From a virus (taxonomy: Duplodnaviria; Heunggongvirae; Uroviricota; Caudoviricetes), in the IMG/VR virus record IMGVR_UViG_2734482782_000005, positions 1-41,225 of that record: DNA of 41,225 nucleotides; one strand, given 5' to 3'. Below the pieces are notes generated by a model that was given only the letters and a program-made list of their open reading frames with translations, searched no databases and had not been told where the DNA came from. Of the stretch, positions 31,079 to 39,247 are shown one piece after another. The first letter of the stretch is position 1; every line of letters begins with the position of its first letter. The position numbers and the translations under genes are program-made.

Positions 31079-31387
31079 ATGACGGTAATCGTGTACGGAA
31101 AATCAACATTTGCAGGAAATGCCAAAACTCGCCGTCATGAGCGGCGCAGAAAGCTGGCTATCGAGCGTGATGCTATATGCAACATCATCGATTCGATCTT
31201 CGGCACAGACAGTGAGGAACCTGTTCAGGAAGCCCCGAGAAAGCGTTTAAGCATTTCTGAAAAAGCAATATCACTCGGCATCATTAGCAAATCAAATACA
31301 GATGCGAATAGCGGAAGCGTTTGTTTGCCTGAAGTTGCACTGTATGCTGCTGGTTACAGAAGGCAAAAACTAATTACAGCGAGGTAA
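31079..31387 (+). CDS. N: Antiterminator N (P22 gp24-type)
   Basis: ATG 31079 with GAGG RBS; MTVIVYGKSTFAGNAKTRRHERRRKLAIERD... arginine-rich motif; matches recalled P22 gp24. Confidence 0.85.
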   Translation: MTVIVYGKSTFAGNAKTRRHERRRKLAIERDAICNIIDSIFGTDSEEPVQEAPRKRLSISEKAISLGIISKSNTDANSGSVCLPEVALYAAGYRRQKLITAR

Positions 31388-31389
31388 AA

Positions 31390-31668
31390 ATGAAGCCTAG
31401 CATAACAATCAAGCCAGCGAGAGATAATAGCAGGAACCGCCGCAGAGAGGCCAGGAAGGCAGAAAGAGCAGAGAAGGAAAACAAGAGCCGGGAGGAGAGA
31501 AAGGCAGAGATTTTGGAAAAAGGAGGATTGGCTGCCGTGAGGGGTGAAAAAGCAGCTGAATTAGCAGTAGCTCACGAAAAGACAGAGATTGACAATAATT
31601 CTGGTGGAGATGCAATGTTTAAAGTTGTCAATCACGCCCATCAACGAAACCCCAAAAAGAAATGGTAA
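31390..31668 (+). CDS. Hypothetical basic/arginine-rich protein downstream of N
   Basis: 92-aa ORF, GAGG RBS, ATG 2 nt after N stop; no recognised domain. Confidence 0.5.
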   Translation: MKPSITIKPARDNSRNRRREARKAERAEKENKSREERKAEILEKGGLAAVRGEKAAELAVAHEKTEIDNNSGGDAMFKVVNHAHQRNPKKKW

Positions 31669-31670
31669 TC

Positions 31671-31694
31671 AACCCGTCCAAGACGGGTTTTTTA
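31671..31694 (+). terminator. Intrinsic terminator (tL1-like)
   Basis: CCCGUC-caa-GACGGG hairpin + UUUUUUAUU. Confidence 0.65.
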
Positions 31695-31725
31695 TTGCAA
31701 GCAAACCACTTATTTGAGATGAGAT

Positions 31726-32196
31726 ATGACAAAATCATGGAGCGTACCTTTTCCTGAATCAGAAACTGAACATGATGGAATGCCTGTTTTCTGGAGATTC
31801 CAGGCGACAGTTGAAGAAGATGGGATAAAAATATTCGCACTTCAATATATAGCTTTTCATCAGACAGAGCATTATGCATGGTTGGTTCCTGCGCATTGGA
31901 TTGTTGATTTTAAACCAGCACCAAATCAGTGGTTACAGGAATGGAAACAAAGGATAAATAGATATGCAATTAAGAAAGTAGCAAAAAATGCAGAAAGATC
32001 TTTTGCATTCCCGACGAAGAAACTTGCCATTGAAAGTTTATTGCGCCGGAAGAAATACCATTTGATGAGAATCAAACAAGATTTTGCTGTTGTATCAACT
32101 CTTGTTGATGGGATGAAGAATATTGATACATCAACACCAGATATTGAATATAACTTTGGACACAACCAAGAAACAGAAAATTGGGTGTTTTATTAG
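31726..32196 (+). CDS. Hypothetical 156-aa protein on an AT-rich insert between two terminators (unknown function)
   Basis: ATG 31726; clean ORF, Trp-rich, no TM segments; markedly AT-rich relative to flanking phage genes; no recognised family. Confidence 0.6.
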   Translation: MTKSWSVPFPESETEHDGMPVFWRFQATVEEDGIKIFALQYIAFHQTEHYAWLVPAHWIVDFKPAPNQWLQEWKQRINRYAIKKVAKNAERSFAFPTKKLAIESLLRRKKYHLMRIKQDFAVVSTLVDGMKNIDTSTPDIEYNFGHNQETENWVFY

Positions 32197-32298
32197 TACG
32201 AATAAGCACTGTGTATTCATTCCAACGAGTGAATACACGGAGCAATGTCGCTCGTAACTAAACAGGAGCCGACTTGTTCTGATTATTGGAAATCTTCT

Positions 32299-32326
32299 TT
32301 GCCCTCCTATGTGAGGGCAATTTTTT
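32299..32326 (+). terminator. Intrinsic terminator (tL2-like)
   Basis: UUGCCCUC-cuaugu-GAGGGCAA hairpin + UUUUUU. Confidence 0.7.
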
Positions 32327-32338
32327 GACGGAGGATAT

Positions 32339-33307
32339 ATGAGTGAAGTAACAGATTTAGTTGTTATTGAAAAAGCAAATGCAATGACTGTATTTCAGTC
32401 TGCCGACCAGATTGAAGAAATCCTTCAAAAGGTTGAACGTGAAGTTATGTCCTTTGTGCCTGATATCACAACGGCAAAGGGCAGAAAGGAGATCGCTTCT
32501 CTGGCGTATAAAGTTGCGCAGACGAAAACATATCTCGATGGTCTTGGCAAAGACCTTGTTGCTGAACTGAAGGAAATTCCAAAGCTAATTGATGCCAACC
32601 GCAAGACAGTGCGTGATCGACTTGATGAGCTGAAAGCCAAGGCGCGCCAGCCTCTTACTGATTATGAGGAAGAACAGGCGCGGATTAAAGCCGAAGAAGA
32701 AGCTAAGGCAGCAGCTGAAGCTCTCGCAAAGCAAATTGAGTCTGACCATGAAATAGCGATTTTGATGGATCGCGAATTTGACCGCCAAAGAGAAGAGGAA
32801 AGACTCAAAGCGGAGCAGGAAAAGCGAGAGCATGAAGAACGCTTAAAAAGAGAAGCTGAAGAGAAAGCCAGAGCAGAAGCCGAAGCAAAGGCAAAAGCCG
32901 AAATTGAAGCAGCAGCAAGGCGAGAAGCAGAAGCTAAGGCCGCAGCGGAACGTGCAGAGCGTGAACGCATTGAAGCCGAGCAACGAGCACAGCGCGAAGC
33001 AAAAGAGGCAGCAGAACGAGCTGAAAGAGAAAAGCAGGCGGCAATTGAAGCAGAACGCCGAAAAGCACAGGAGGAGGCTGAACGAATCCGGCGCGAGGCT
33101 GAAGCAAAAGAGCAAGCCAGAATAGCAGAAGAAAAAAGAATCAAGGACGAAGAAGAGCGTAGAGCAAAGGATAAAGCTCACCGGAAAGAAGTAAATAACA
33201 AAATACTTGCTGACCTTATCAAGGTTGGCGCATCAGAAGATGTTGCTAAAAATATCATAACAGCCATCGTAAAAGGCGAAGTATTCGCAACAAAAATAAC
33301 CTACTAA
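32339..33307 (+). CDS. Hypothetical coiled-coil protein with long E/A/K/R-rich repeat region
   Basis: 322-aa ORF, GGAGG RBS; central ~150 aa of KAEAE/RAERE-type heptad-like repeats flanked by globular ends. Confidence 0.6.
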   Translation: MSEVTDLVVIEKANAMTVFQSADQIEEILQKVEREVMSFVPDITTAKGRKEIASLAYKVAQTKTYLDGLGKDLVAELKEIPKLIDANRKTVRDRLDELKAKARQPLTDYEEEQARIKAEEEAKAAAEALAKQIESDHEIAILMDREFDRQREEERLKAEQEKREHEERLKREAEEKARAEAEAKAKAEIEAAARREAEAKAAAERAERERIEAEQRAQREAKEAAERAEREKQAAIEAERRKAQEEAERIRREAEAKEQARIAEEKRIKDEEERRAKDKAHRKEVNNKILADLIKVGASEDVAKNIITAIVKGEVFATKITY

Positions 33308-33330
33308 TAAACCAACATAAGGAACCACCC

Positions 33331-33462
33331 ATGATTTACGCAATCGCGGGAGGCGCTCGCATGGGTGCCTTCCAACTAAATGAATCTTTACTTGAACGAA
33401 TCACCCGTAAATTACGTGACGGATGGAAAAGAGTTGAGGTCTTATTATGCGCAATGAAATAG
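33331..33462 (+). CDS. cIII: CIII-like FtsH inhibitor
   Basis: Manually translated 43-aa ORF; ...ESLLERITRKLRDGWKR... matches recalled lambda CIII core; AGGAA RBS. Confidence 0.6.
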   Translation: MIYAIAGGARMGAFQLNESLLERITRKLRDGWKRVEVLLCAMK

Positions 33463-33599
33463 CCATCAATCACCAGATGCTTCGTGCGGCACAAAACAAA
33501 GCAGTAATAGCCCGATTTATTGGTGATTCCAAAATGTGGCTTGAAGCAAATAAAGCGATGAAATCAGCTATCAACCTTCCGTGGTATCGCAGGAAATGA
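33447..33599 (+). CDS. kil: Kil-like small protein (host division inhibitor)
   Basis: Manually translated 50-aa ORF; ...IARFIGDSKMWLEA... resembles recalled lambda Kil; overlaps cIII end. Confidence 0.45.
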   Translation: MRNEIAINHQMLRAAQNKAVIARFIGDSKMWLEANKAMKSAINLPWYRRK

Positions 33600-33754
33600 G
33601 TTTTACAGATAACTGGTCAGACGAAGAATTCATTCGTCAGATGAAAGATTTAATCGGTAACGAAGGAGATATTCATGTCACTTGCAACCACAGTGAAGGA
33701 GAGCAAGTTACAGAGACGCATGTACACGCAGAAAGCTCTCTGGTATCGCCATAA
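33596..33754 (+). CDS. Small hypothetical ORF
   Basis: Manually translated 52-aa ORF with ATGA overlap to kil. Confidence 0.3.
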   Translation: MSFTDNWSDEEFIRQMKDLIGNEGDIHVTCNHSEGEQVTETHVHAESSLVSP

Positions 33755-33853
33755 TGGTGACCGCGAAGGAATGCGGGTATGCCTTAATTTGTCCCGAGTC
33801 GAAGTATTAAATCAGCGTTATTTCCTTGGGCCGTGTCCATTCTGAGGTGAATT

Positions 33854-34561
33854 ATGGATTTGAACAAATTCGATGAGCCATTCAGCCCTGAAGATATCGA
33901 ATGGCGAATACAGCAAAGCGGTAAAACACGCGATGGCAAGGTGTGGGCTATGGTGCTGGCTTATGTCACGAACCGGGCAATCATGAAACGCCTGGACGAT
34001 GTTTGCGGCAAAGCAGGATGGCGCAATGAATACCGCGATATTCCCAACAACGGCGGCGTTGAATGCGGCATATCAATAAAGATTGATTCCGAATGGGTAA
34101 CCAAATGGGATGCTGCTGAAAACACGCAGGTAGAAGCCGTCAAAGGTGGTCGTTCCGGTGCAATGAAGCGCGCTGCCGTTCAGTGGGGAATCGGTCGGTA
34201 TCTGTATAACCTTGAGGAAGGTTTCGCACAAACATCTCTCGATAAAAAGCAGGGGTGGCACAGGGCAAAACTGAAGGATGGAACAGGATTTTACTGGTCC
34301 CCTCCATCGCTGCCGGGATGGGCAATGCCAGCATCTGGAAATCAACCATCACCAGAAAATACCAACCAGAAATCTCCATCGGTTGACTGCGAACAAATCC
34401 TGAAAGACTTCAGCGATTATGCGTCAACAGAAACTGACAAGAAAAAACTCATCGAGCGTTATCAGCGTGACTGGCAATTAATGGCTGGCAACGAGGAGGC
34501 GCAGGCTAAATGCGTTCAGGTAATGAACATCAGAGTTAACGAACTAAAACAGGCGGCATAA
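33854..34561 (+). CDS. Rad52-family single-strand annealing recombinase (Sak-like)
   Basis: 235 aa; ...GVECGISIKIDSEWVTKWDAAEN...GAMKRAAVQWGIGRYLYNLE... typical of Rad52/Sak; directly upstream of ssb. Confidence 0.7.
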   Translation: MDLNKFDEPFSPEDIEWRIQQSGKTRDGKVWAMVLAYVTNRAIMKRLDDVCGKAGWRNEYRDIPNNGGVECGISIKIDSEWVTKWDAAENTQVEAVKGGRSGAMKRAAVQWGIGRYLYNLEEGFAQTSLDKKQGWHRAKLKDGTGFYWSPPSLPGWAMPASGNQPSPENTNQKSPSVDCEQILKDFSDYASTETDKKKLIERYQRDWQLMAGNEEAQAKCVQVMNIRVNELKQAA

Positions 34562-35035
34562 ATGGCAAGCAGAGGCGTAAATAAGGTGATCATTATTGGT
34601 CGCCTTGGGCATGATCCAGAAATCAGATATTCACCATCAGGAACGGCATTTGCAAACCTTACAGTTGCTACGTCAGAACAATGGCGTGATAAGCAAACTG
34701 GAGAGCAAAAGGAGCAGACGGAGTGGCACCGCGTGGTAATGAGCGGGAAACTGGCAGAAATTGCCAGCGAATATCTGCGAAAAGGCTCTGAGGTTTATCT
34801 TGAAGGCAAATTGCGGACAAGAAAATGGCAGGATCAAAGCGGACAGGATCGGTTCACTACCGAAGTTATCGTGGGCGTTGGTGGAACCATGCAAATGCTT
34901 GGTGGCAAGCAAGGAGGAAATGAACAGTCTTCACCTCAGCGAAATAACGGTCAGCAACAAAGACAGCAACCTCAGCAGCAATGGAATCACAGCGAACCAC
35001 CTATGAACTTCGACGATTCGGATATTCCGTTCTAG
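34562..35035 (+). CDS. ssb: Single-stranded DNA-binding protein
   Basis: 157 aa; OB-fold N-terminus, G/Q-rich linker, acidic C-terminal tail ...DDSDIPF. Confidence 0.9.
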   Translation: MASRGVNKVIIIGRLGHDPEIRYSPSGTAFANLTVATSEQWRDKQTGEQKEQTEWHRVVMSGKLAEIASEYLRKGSEVYLEGKLRTRKWQDQSGQDRFTTEVIVGVGGTMQMLGGKQGGNEQSSPQRNNGQQQRQQPQQQWNHSEPPMNFDDSDIPF

Positions 35036-35044
35036 GAGCTGAAT

Positions 35045-35524
35045 ATGAAAATCTGCTCAAGATGCCATCAACAGAAGGAAGAAAGGGACTTTCAAATCAG
35101 AAGAGCATCCAGAGATGGATTAACTGCCGCTTGCCGGGCTTGCCTGGCTGAATACGACAAAGAGCGCGCGGGATTGCCACATCGAGTATCAGCAAGGAGA
35201 GAATATCAATCATCGGAACGCGGCAGAGAACGGTGTAACGCAGCCAAAAAGCGGTTCATTCAGAGCAACCCATGGAAAAGAAAAGCCCACATCATCGTGG
35301 GTAATTTTTTGCGCGACGGTAAGCTAATCCGACCACCACAATGTGAGTGCTGCGGATCAGAATGTAAACCACAGGCGCACCACTGCGACTACAGCAAACC
35401 AACCGATGTGATGTGGCTCTGCAAGTCATGTCATGTCGAGTGGCACAAACATAACAAACCTATCTACCCAGACGAGGAGACAGTAACTCTCCCTTTCCCT
35501 CGTCACGCTATTCACGCAATTTAA
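35045..35524 (+). CDS. HNH nuclease-domain protein
   Basis: 159 aa; C-terminal CECCG...AHHCDY...WLCKSCHVEWHKH HNH/zinc-finger motif. Confidence 0.6.
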   Translation: MKICSRCHQQKEERDFQIRRASRDGLTAACRACLAEYDKERAGLPHRVSARREYQSSERGRERCNAAKKRFIQSNPWKRKAHIIVGNFLRDGKLIRPPQCECCGSECKPQAHHCDYSKPTDVMWLCKSCHVEWHKHNKPIYPDEETVTLPFPRHAIHAI

Positions 35525-35532
35525 GGACTTAC

Positions 35533-36081
35533 ATGAATCACTTGATGGTTGACCTTGAAACAATGGGCAACGGGCCATACTCGCCAGTTATTTCTATTGG
35601 GGCGGTATTCTTTGACCCGAATACCGGAGAAACAGGAGAAGAGTTCTCGGTAAATATCTCGCTTGAGTCATCAATGCGATATCGAGCGCGTCCTGACGCT
35701 TCAACGATTTTATGGTGGATGGAACAGAGTGAAGAAGCCAGAAAATCGCTAACCAGCAACACTCAGGAGCTTTCAACGGCTCTTTCATGGTTATCTGAAT
35801 TCATCATAAAGAACGCTAACCACAAATTCGTTCAGGTTTGGGGGAATGGGGCATCATTTGACTGCGTTATTCTCCGCAACAGTTATTCGCTGACAGGGCA
35901 GCCAGTTCCGTGGCAGTGGTGGAATGACCGCGACGTAAGAACAATCGTCGAACTTGGGAAGGTAATAGGATTCGACCCTAAGCGAGATATGCCATTCAAA
36001 GGAACTCGCCACAACGCGCTTGATGATGCCATTCACCAAGCCAAATACGTTTCAGCGATCTGGAAAAAGTTAGCTAAATAA
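35533..36081 (+). CDS. DEDDh 3'-5' exonuclease (DnaQ-like fold)
   Basis: 182 aa; motifs VDLETMG, WGNGASFD, HNALDDA. Confidence 0.7.
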   Translation: MNHLMVDLETMGNGPYSPVISIGAVFFDPNTGETGEEFSVNISLESSMRYRARPDASTILWWMEQSEEARKSLTSNTQELSTALSWLSEFIIKNANHKFVQVWGNGASFDCVILRNSYSLTGQPVPWQWWNDRDVRTIVELGKVIGFDPKRDMPFKGTRHNALDDAIHQAKYVSAIWKKLAK

Positions 36082-36097
36082 TCAACAGGAGAAAACC

Positions 36098-36391
36098 ATG
36101 CCAGCGCCTCTGTATGGTGCGGACGACGCGCGCCGCTGTTCCGGCAATTCCGTATCGGAGGTGCTGGATAAATTCAGAAAAAACTACGATCGGATAATGT
36201 CGCTACCGCAGGAAACGAAAGAGGAAAAGGAATTTCGCCACTGCATATGGCTTGCAGAGAAAGAAGAACGCGAGCGAATTTACCAGACATCAATCCGACC
36301 ATTCCGCAAAGCCACATATACCCACTTCCCTGAAATTGACCCGCGCCTGCGTAATTACCGCTCACGCTATGGCGCTATCAGTAATGACTGA
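36098..36391 (+). CDS. Hypothetical early protein
   Basis: 97-aa ORF with AGGAG RBS. Confidence 0.5.
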   Translation: MPAPLYGADDARRCSGNSVSEVLDKFRKNYDRIMSLPQETKEEKEFRHCIWLAEKEERERIYQTSIRPFRKATYTHFPEIDPRLRNYRSRYGAISND

Positions 36392-36401
36392 GGAATTTAC
36401 C

Positions 36402-36566
36402 ATGAGAGGACTTGCATACAATCCCGGCATTCTTCCGGCAGAAATGATTATTCGCCAACGCGTAAAGCCAATGCCATCGAGAGAGGAATTGCTTAAGAGA
36501 AATTCTTTTCCATCAGTAAATCAAAACAAATATCTGAATGCAATGTGGCGGAGTGGGAAGAAATGA
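36402..36566 (+). CDS. Small hypothetical early protein
   Basis: 54-aa ORF from internal ATG 36402 with GAGG RBS; ORF-track start 36252 is an extension. Confidence 0.35.
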   Translation: MRGLAYNPGILPAEMIIRQRVKPMPSREELLKRNSFPSVNQNKYLNAMWRSGKK

Positions 36567-36994
36567 AACAAATGACACTAATTGAGATGGATGGATTTCT
36601 GAAAGGTAAATGCATCCCACGAGATTTAAAGGTTAACGAAACAAACGCTGAATATCTTGTCCGTAAGTTCGGTGAACTTGAATCAAAACTGGAAACGGCG
36701 TTGCGGGAGTGTCGTTCTGCTGGAATCACGATTGATAACCTTGAGGCTAAATGCGCGAAGATGGCTGCTGAAAATACATCGCTTAAGCAATCTGAGAAGG
36801 AATTTAATGACTTTTGTCGTGAGGAGTTTAGCGAATGGGAAGATGATGTTACTGAAACTCCAGTTACCGATGCTTTCCTGGCTGAAGTGCGGGCGCAGGG
36901 GGTAGAGATGTTTGCTGACCATCTGTTGTGCCCAGACCTTGATGACACTATCCGTGACTTTGCTGCCCAGCTTCGCAAAGGAGGCAACCAGTGA
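36563..36994 (+). CDS. Hypothetical acidic early protein
   Basis: ATG 36563 overlapping upstream stop (ATGA); 143 aa. Confidence 0.5.
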   Translation: MKQMTLIEMDGFLKGKCIPRDLKVNETNAEYLVRKFGELESKLETALRECRSAGITIDNLEAKCAKMAAENTSLKQSEKEFNDFCREEFSEWEDDVTETPVTDAFLAEVRAQGVEMFADHLLCPDLDDTIRDFAAQLRKGGNQ

Positions 36995-37536
36995 GTGTAA
37001 CGGTTGAAAAGATTGATGTGTTGTCATTCGTTATAACCGGTGCAGAGCGACTAGATCCGGTTCGAGTGATGATTGAAAACTACGAACCTGGTAAGGGAAG
37101 AATCACCATCACCTGCTACGGAAAAGCGTGGACTGCGGCTTGGTTTGCTATGGGCGGTGATGATGTGCAGACGTTCATTAAGCGGGTCAGCAACGAGTAT
37201 CTAATCGGCTATTTCGACCCTCAACTGCGAAGCACGGTCGACGATGACAACGATGCAAATCTGCTTTTCGTGAAGTCAGAAATCATAAAGTTACGAAGAG
37301 AGAGAGAAATCGACGCGGTACAGGCTCGCGAAATGTGGGACGAGTCGGAAAACGCCGATGACGTAAAAGAAAGCTGCTGTTGTTTCGGTGTCGGTAACAA
37401 ACTGCTGAATCTCTTTGGTGATGATCCGTGGTATGCAGGCTGGCCAACGGCACCAAACCCGAAATACCAGTATCTGGAACGCGTACTTAATGCAGTGAGA
37501 GACGGTCTTAAGCAAATAGAGAAGGTGGAACCATGA
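36991..37536 (+). CDS. Hypothetical early protein
   Basis: 181 aa; GTG start 36991 with AAGGAGG RBS 7 nt upstream. Confidence 0.5.
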   Translation: MSVTVEKIDVLSFVITGAERLDPVRVMIENYEPGKGRITITCYGKAWTAAWFAMGGDDVQTFIKRVSNEYLIGYFDPQLRSTVDDDNDANLLFVKSEIIKLRREREIDAVQAREMWDESENADDVKESCCCFGVGNKLLNLFGDDPWYAGWPTAPNPKYQYLERVLNAVRDGLKQIEKVEP

Positions 37537-37832
37537 CTGTATGTCTTATTGATAAACGTCGACGTGGGCAACAAATACCATCTGTTGAAATGCCGAATCA
37601 CACATGGTTTTGCGTACTTGATATCGATGGTATGGATACGTTGGTTGACACTCGTCATTACTGCGATACCGCAACAGCTACTCCGGCGAAAGCAAAGAAA
37701 ATGGCTGCTCTGATAGAAAACTGGACTCCACCTGATGGTTGGTGCAATGGGAATGATCGAGATTGGCATGAAAAAATGAAGGGCTATATCTGCGATTTTT
37801 TACGTAAATGCAACGGATTCAGGGTGATGTGA
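37533..37832 (+). CDS. Hypothetical Cys/Trp-rich early protein
   Basis: 99-aa ORF, ATG 37533 overlapping upstream stop. Confidence 0.5.
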   Translation: MTVCLIDKRRRGQQIPSVEMPNHTWFCVLDIDGMDTLVDTRHYCDTATATPAKAKKMAALIENWTPPDGWCNGNDRDWHEKMKGYICDFLRKCNGFRVM

Positions 37833-37833
37833 C

Positions 37834-38586
37834 ATGAGCAAGATTGACTATCAGGCACTGCGTGAAAAGGCAGAAAAAGCAACGTGTGGTGAGTGGTCGC
37901 TCGAATATGGAGAGGGCCGATTTGATGGTGATGATGCGCTAATTCATCGTGAAGTTGCTGGATATATTCCCATTTGCAGAATTGAAGGAGCGCATCCAGA
38001 AAGCGGTTTCGATGAAGATTTCCAAATAGAACAGCAGGCCAATGCTGAATTCATCGCCGCAGCCAATCCGGCTACCGTCTTGGCGCTGCTGGGCGAGCTG
38101 GAAACAGCAAAAAAGCGCATAGCAGAACTGGAAGCCGAACCTGTAAGCCAAACTTGCAAGTTGCCAGTTAATACACCTTGCCAAGATGCGCCAGCCCATA
38201 TCTGGCTGCAAACGGCTGGAGTATGGCCAGAAGATGGCGAGTTAAGCGAATTAACGTGGTGCAGCCACAATCAGCACCATGATGACACGCTATATGTTCG
38301 AGCTGACCTTGTGAATGGCAACTATCCGGTAACTCCGGATAGTTGGATAAGCTGTAGTGAGCGAATGCCGGGATATCCGATAGAGGTTCTTGTTGCATTT
38401 AAATCTGATGCCGATGGCGAGCCATGTCTTGATACGGGAGTTGCAATTCTATTTCCTGACGGAAAGTGGCGTGGGGGTGGAGTTTTTTATGTGATGAATG
38501 GGGATCGAAAATATCAATACAGAGAATGTGTTAGAGAAGTAACCCACTGGATGCCTCTACCAGAACCGCCGCAGGAGATGAAGTAA
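37834..38586 (+). CDS. Ead/Ea22-like early protein (possible DUF551-type C-terminal domain)
   Basis: 250 aa; N-terminal MSKIDYQALREKAEKATCGEWS...ANAEFIAAANPATVLALLGELE... typical of lambdoid Ead/Ea22-like proteins as recalled. Confidence 0.55.
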   Translation: MSKIDYQALREKAEKATCGEWSLEYGEGRFDGDDALIHREVAGYIPICRIEGAHPESGFDEDFQIEQQANAEFIAAANPATVLALLGELETAKKRIAELEAEPVSQTCKLPVNTPCQDAPAHIWLQTAGVWPEDGELSELTWCSHNQHHDDTLYVRADLVNGNYPVTPDSWISCSERMPGYPIEVLVAFKSDADGEPCLDTGVAILFPDGKWRGGGVFYVMNGDRKYQYRECVREVTHWMPLPEPPQEMK

Positions 38587-38864
38587 TGGACTCCTTTGCG
38601 AAATATACGATTATTGACTGGATTGCCTTCCTTCAGGTTTTGCTCATCTGGTTTTATATGGCTTACAGGAGTGGACAGTGGATTGTCAGTGTAGCCTGTA
38701 GCAAGGGATGGCGTTGGTGGAACAGAAAGAATAAAAAAGCACTGGCATTGGATTCGTTTTACGAAGCATTCAATCTTAACAGCCTTCAGCCTGGTTCTGT
38801 CATTGTAGTCACCACTCAAAGCGGCATGACCATTCAGATTCATAAACCAAAAGAGGAAAAATGA
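38586..38864 (+). CDS. Hypothetical small membrane protein
   Basis: 92-aa ORF with one hydrophobic segment; start overlaps upstream stop. Confidence 0.45.
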   Translation: MDSFAKYTIIDWIAFLQVLLIWFYMAYRSGQWIVSVACSKGWRWWNRKNKKALALDSFYEAFNLNSLQPGSVIVVTTQSGMTIQIHKPKEEK

Positions 38865-38950
38865 TGTGGCCTATATGTGTTAATTGCGGACGGATGTGCC
38901 TATCTGGATGGTGCCGAAGGTGCGACAAATGCACGAAGAAAAGACAATAA
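38861..38950 (+). CDS. Putative 29-aa cysteine-rich peptide (zinc-ribbon-like CxxC...CxxC)
   Basis: Manually translated MMWPICVNCGRMCLSGWCRRCDKCTKKRQ; ATGA overlap with upstream gene. Confidence 0.3.
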   Translation: MMWPICVNCGRMCLSGWCRRCDKCTKKRQ

Positions 38951-39022
38951 CAATCCTCGCACTCGCGGGGATTTCTTTTATCTGAACTCGCTACGGCGAG
39001 TTTTGTTTTATGGAGATGATAA

Positions 39023-39190
39023 ATGCACTTCCAAGTCACAGGTGAATGGAATGGAGAACCATTCAACAGAGTTATCGAAGCAGAGAACATCAACGACTGC
39101 TATGACCACTGGATGCTGTGGGCGCAGATAGCACATGCAGACGTAACCAATATTCGAATTGAAGAACTGAAAGAACACCAAGCCGTCTGA
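39023..39190 (+). CDS. Small hypothetical protein upstream of torI
   Basis: Manually translated 55-aa ORF (MHFQVTGEWNGEPFNRVIEAENINDCYDHWMLWAQIAHADVTNIRIEELKEHQAV), GGAG RBS, stop inside terminator hairpin. Confidence 0.4.
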   Translation: MHFQVTGEWNGEPFNRVIEAENINDCYDHWMLWAQIAHADVTNIRIEELKEHQAV

Positions 39191-39206
39191 TGGCGGTTTT
39201 TTATTG
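39183..39206 (+). terminator. Intrinsic terminator at end of early-left operon
   Basis: CCGUC-UGAU-GGCGG hairpin (one U.G) + UUUUUUAUU. Confidence 0.6.
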
Positions 39207-39212
39207 CCTGAT

Positions 39213-39228
39213 TTGCAGGTTCGATTCC
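39213..39228 (+). other. 16-nt tRNA T-arm-like fragment (TTGCAGGTTCGATTCC) upstream of torI
   Basis: Canonical T-stem/T-loop GCAGG-TTCGATT-CC; contiguous in tRNA register with the 3'-end core at 39522-39536. Confidence 0.5.
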
Positions 39229-39247
39229 CTATTCGGAGATAGCACTC

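Noticed and set aside
31695-31725. Possible own sigma70 promoter for the 156-aa gene (TTGCAA at 31695-31700)
   Set aside because: No acceptable -10 hexamer at 16-18 bp spacing; expression more likely depends on PL read-through.
32662-33181. Two minus-strand ORFs (160 aa Ser/Ala-rich and 112 aa Cys/Phe-rich) antisense to the coiled-coil gene
   Set aside because: Low-complexity translations produced by the reverse complement of the GAA/GCA/AAA-rich repeat; no RBS, opposite to operon direction.
36493-37769. Minus-strand ORFs 36493-36987, 36683-37027 and 37221-37769 antisense to the early-left genes
   Set aside because: Opposite to a tightly coupled plus-strand operon with good RBSs; likely shadow ORFs.
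38877-39131. 84-aa ORF (MLIADGCAYLDGAEGATNARRKDNNNPRTRGDF...)
   Set aside because: Has no RBS and an odd composition; overlapping frames give better-supported small genes (38861-38950 and 39023-39190), the latter with GGAG RBS and ending in a terminator.
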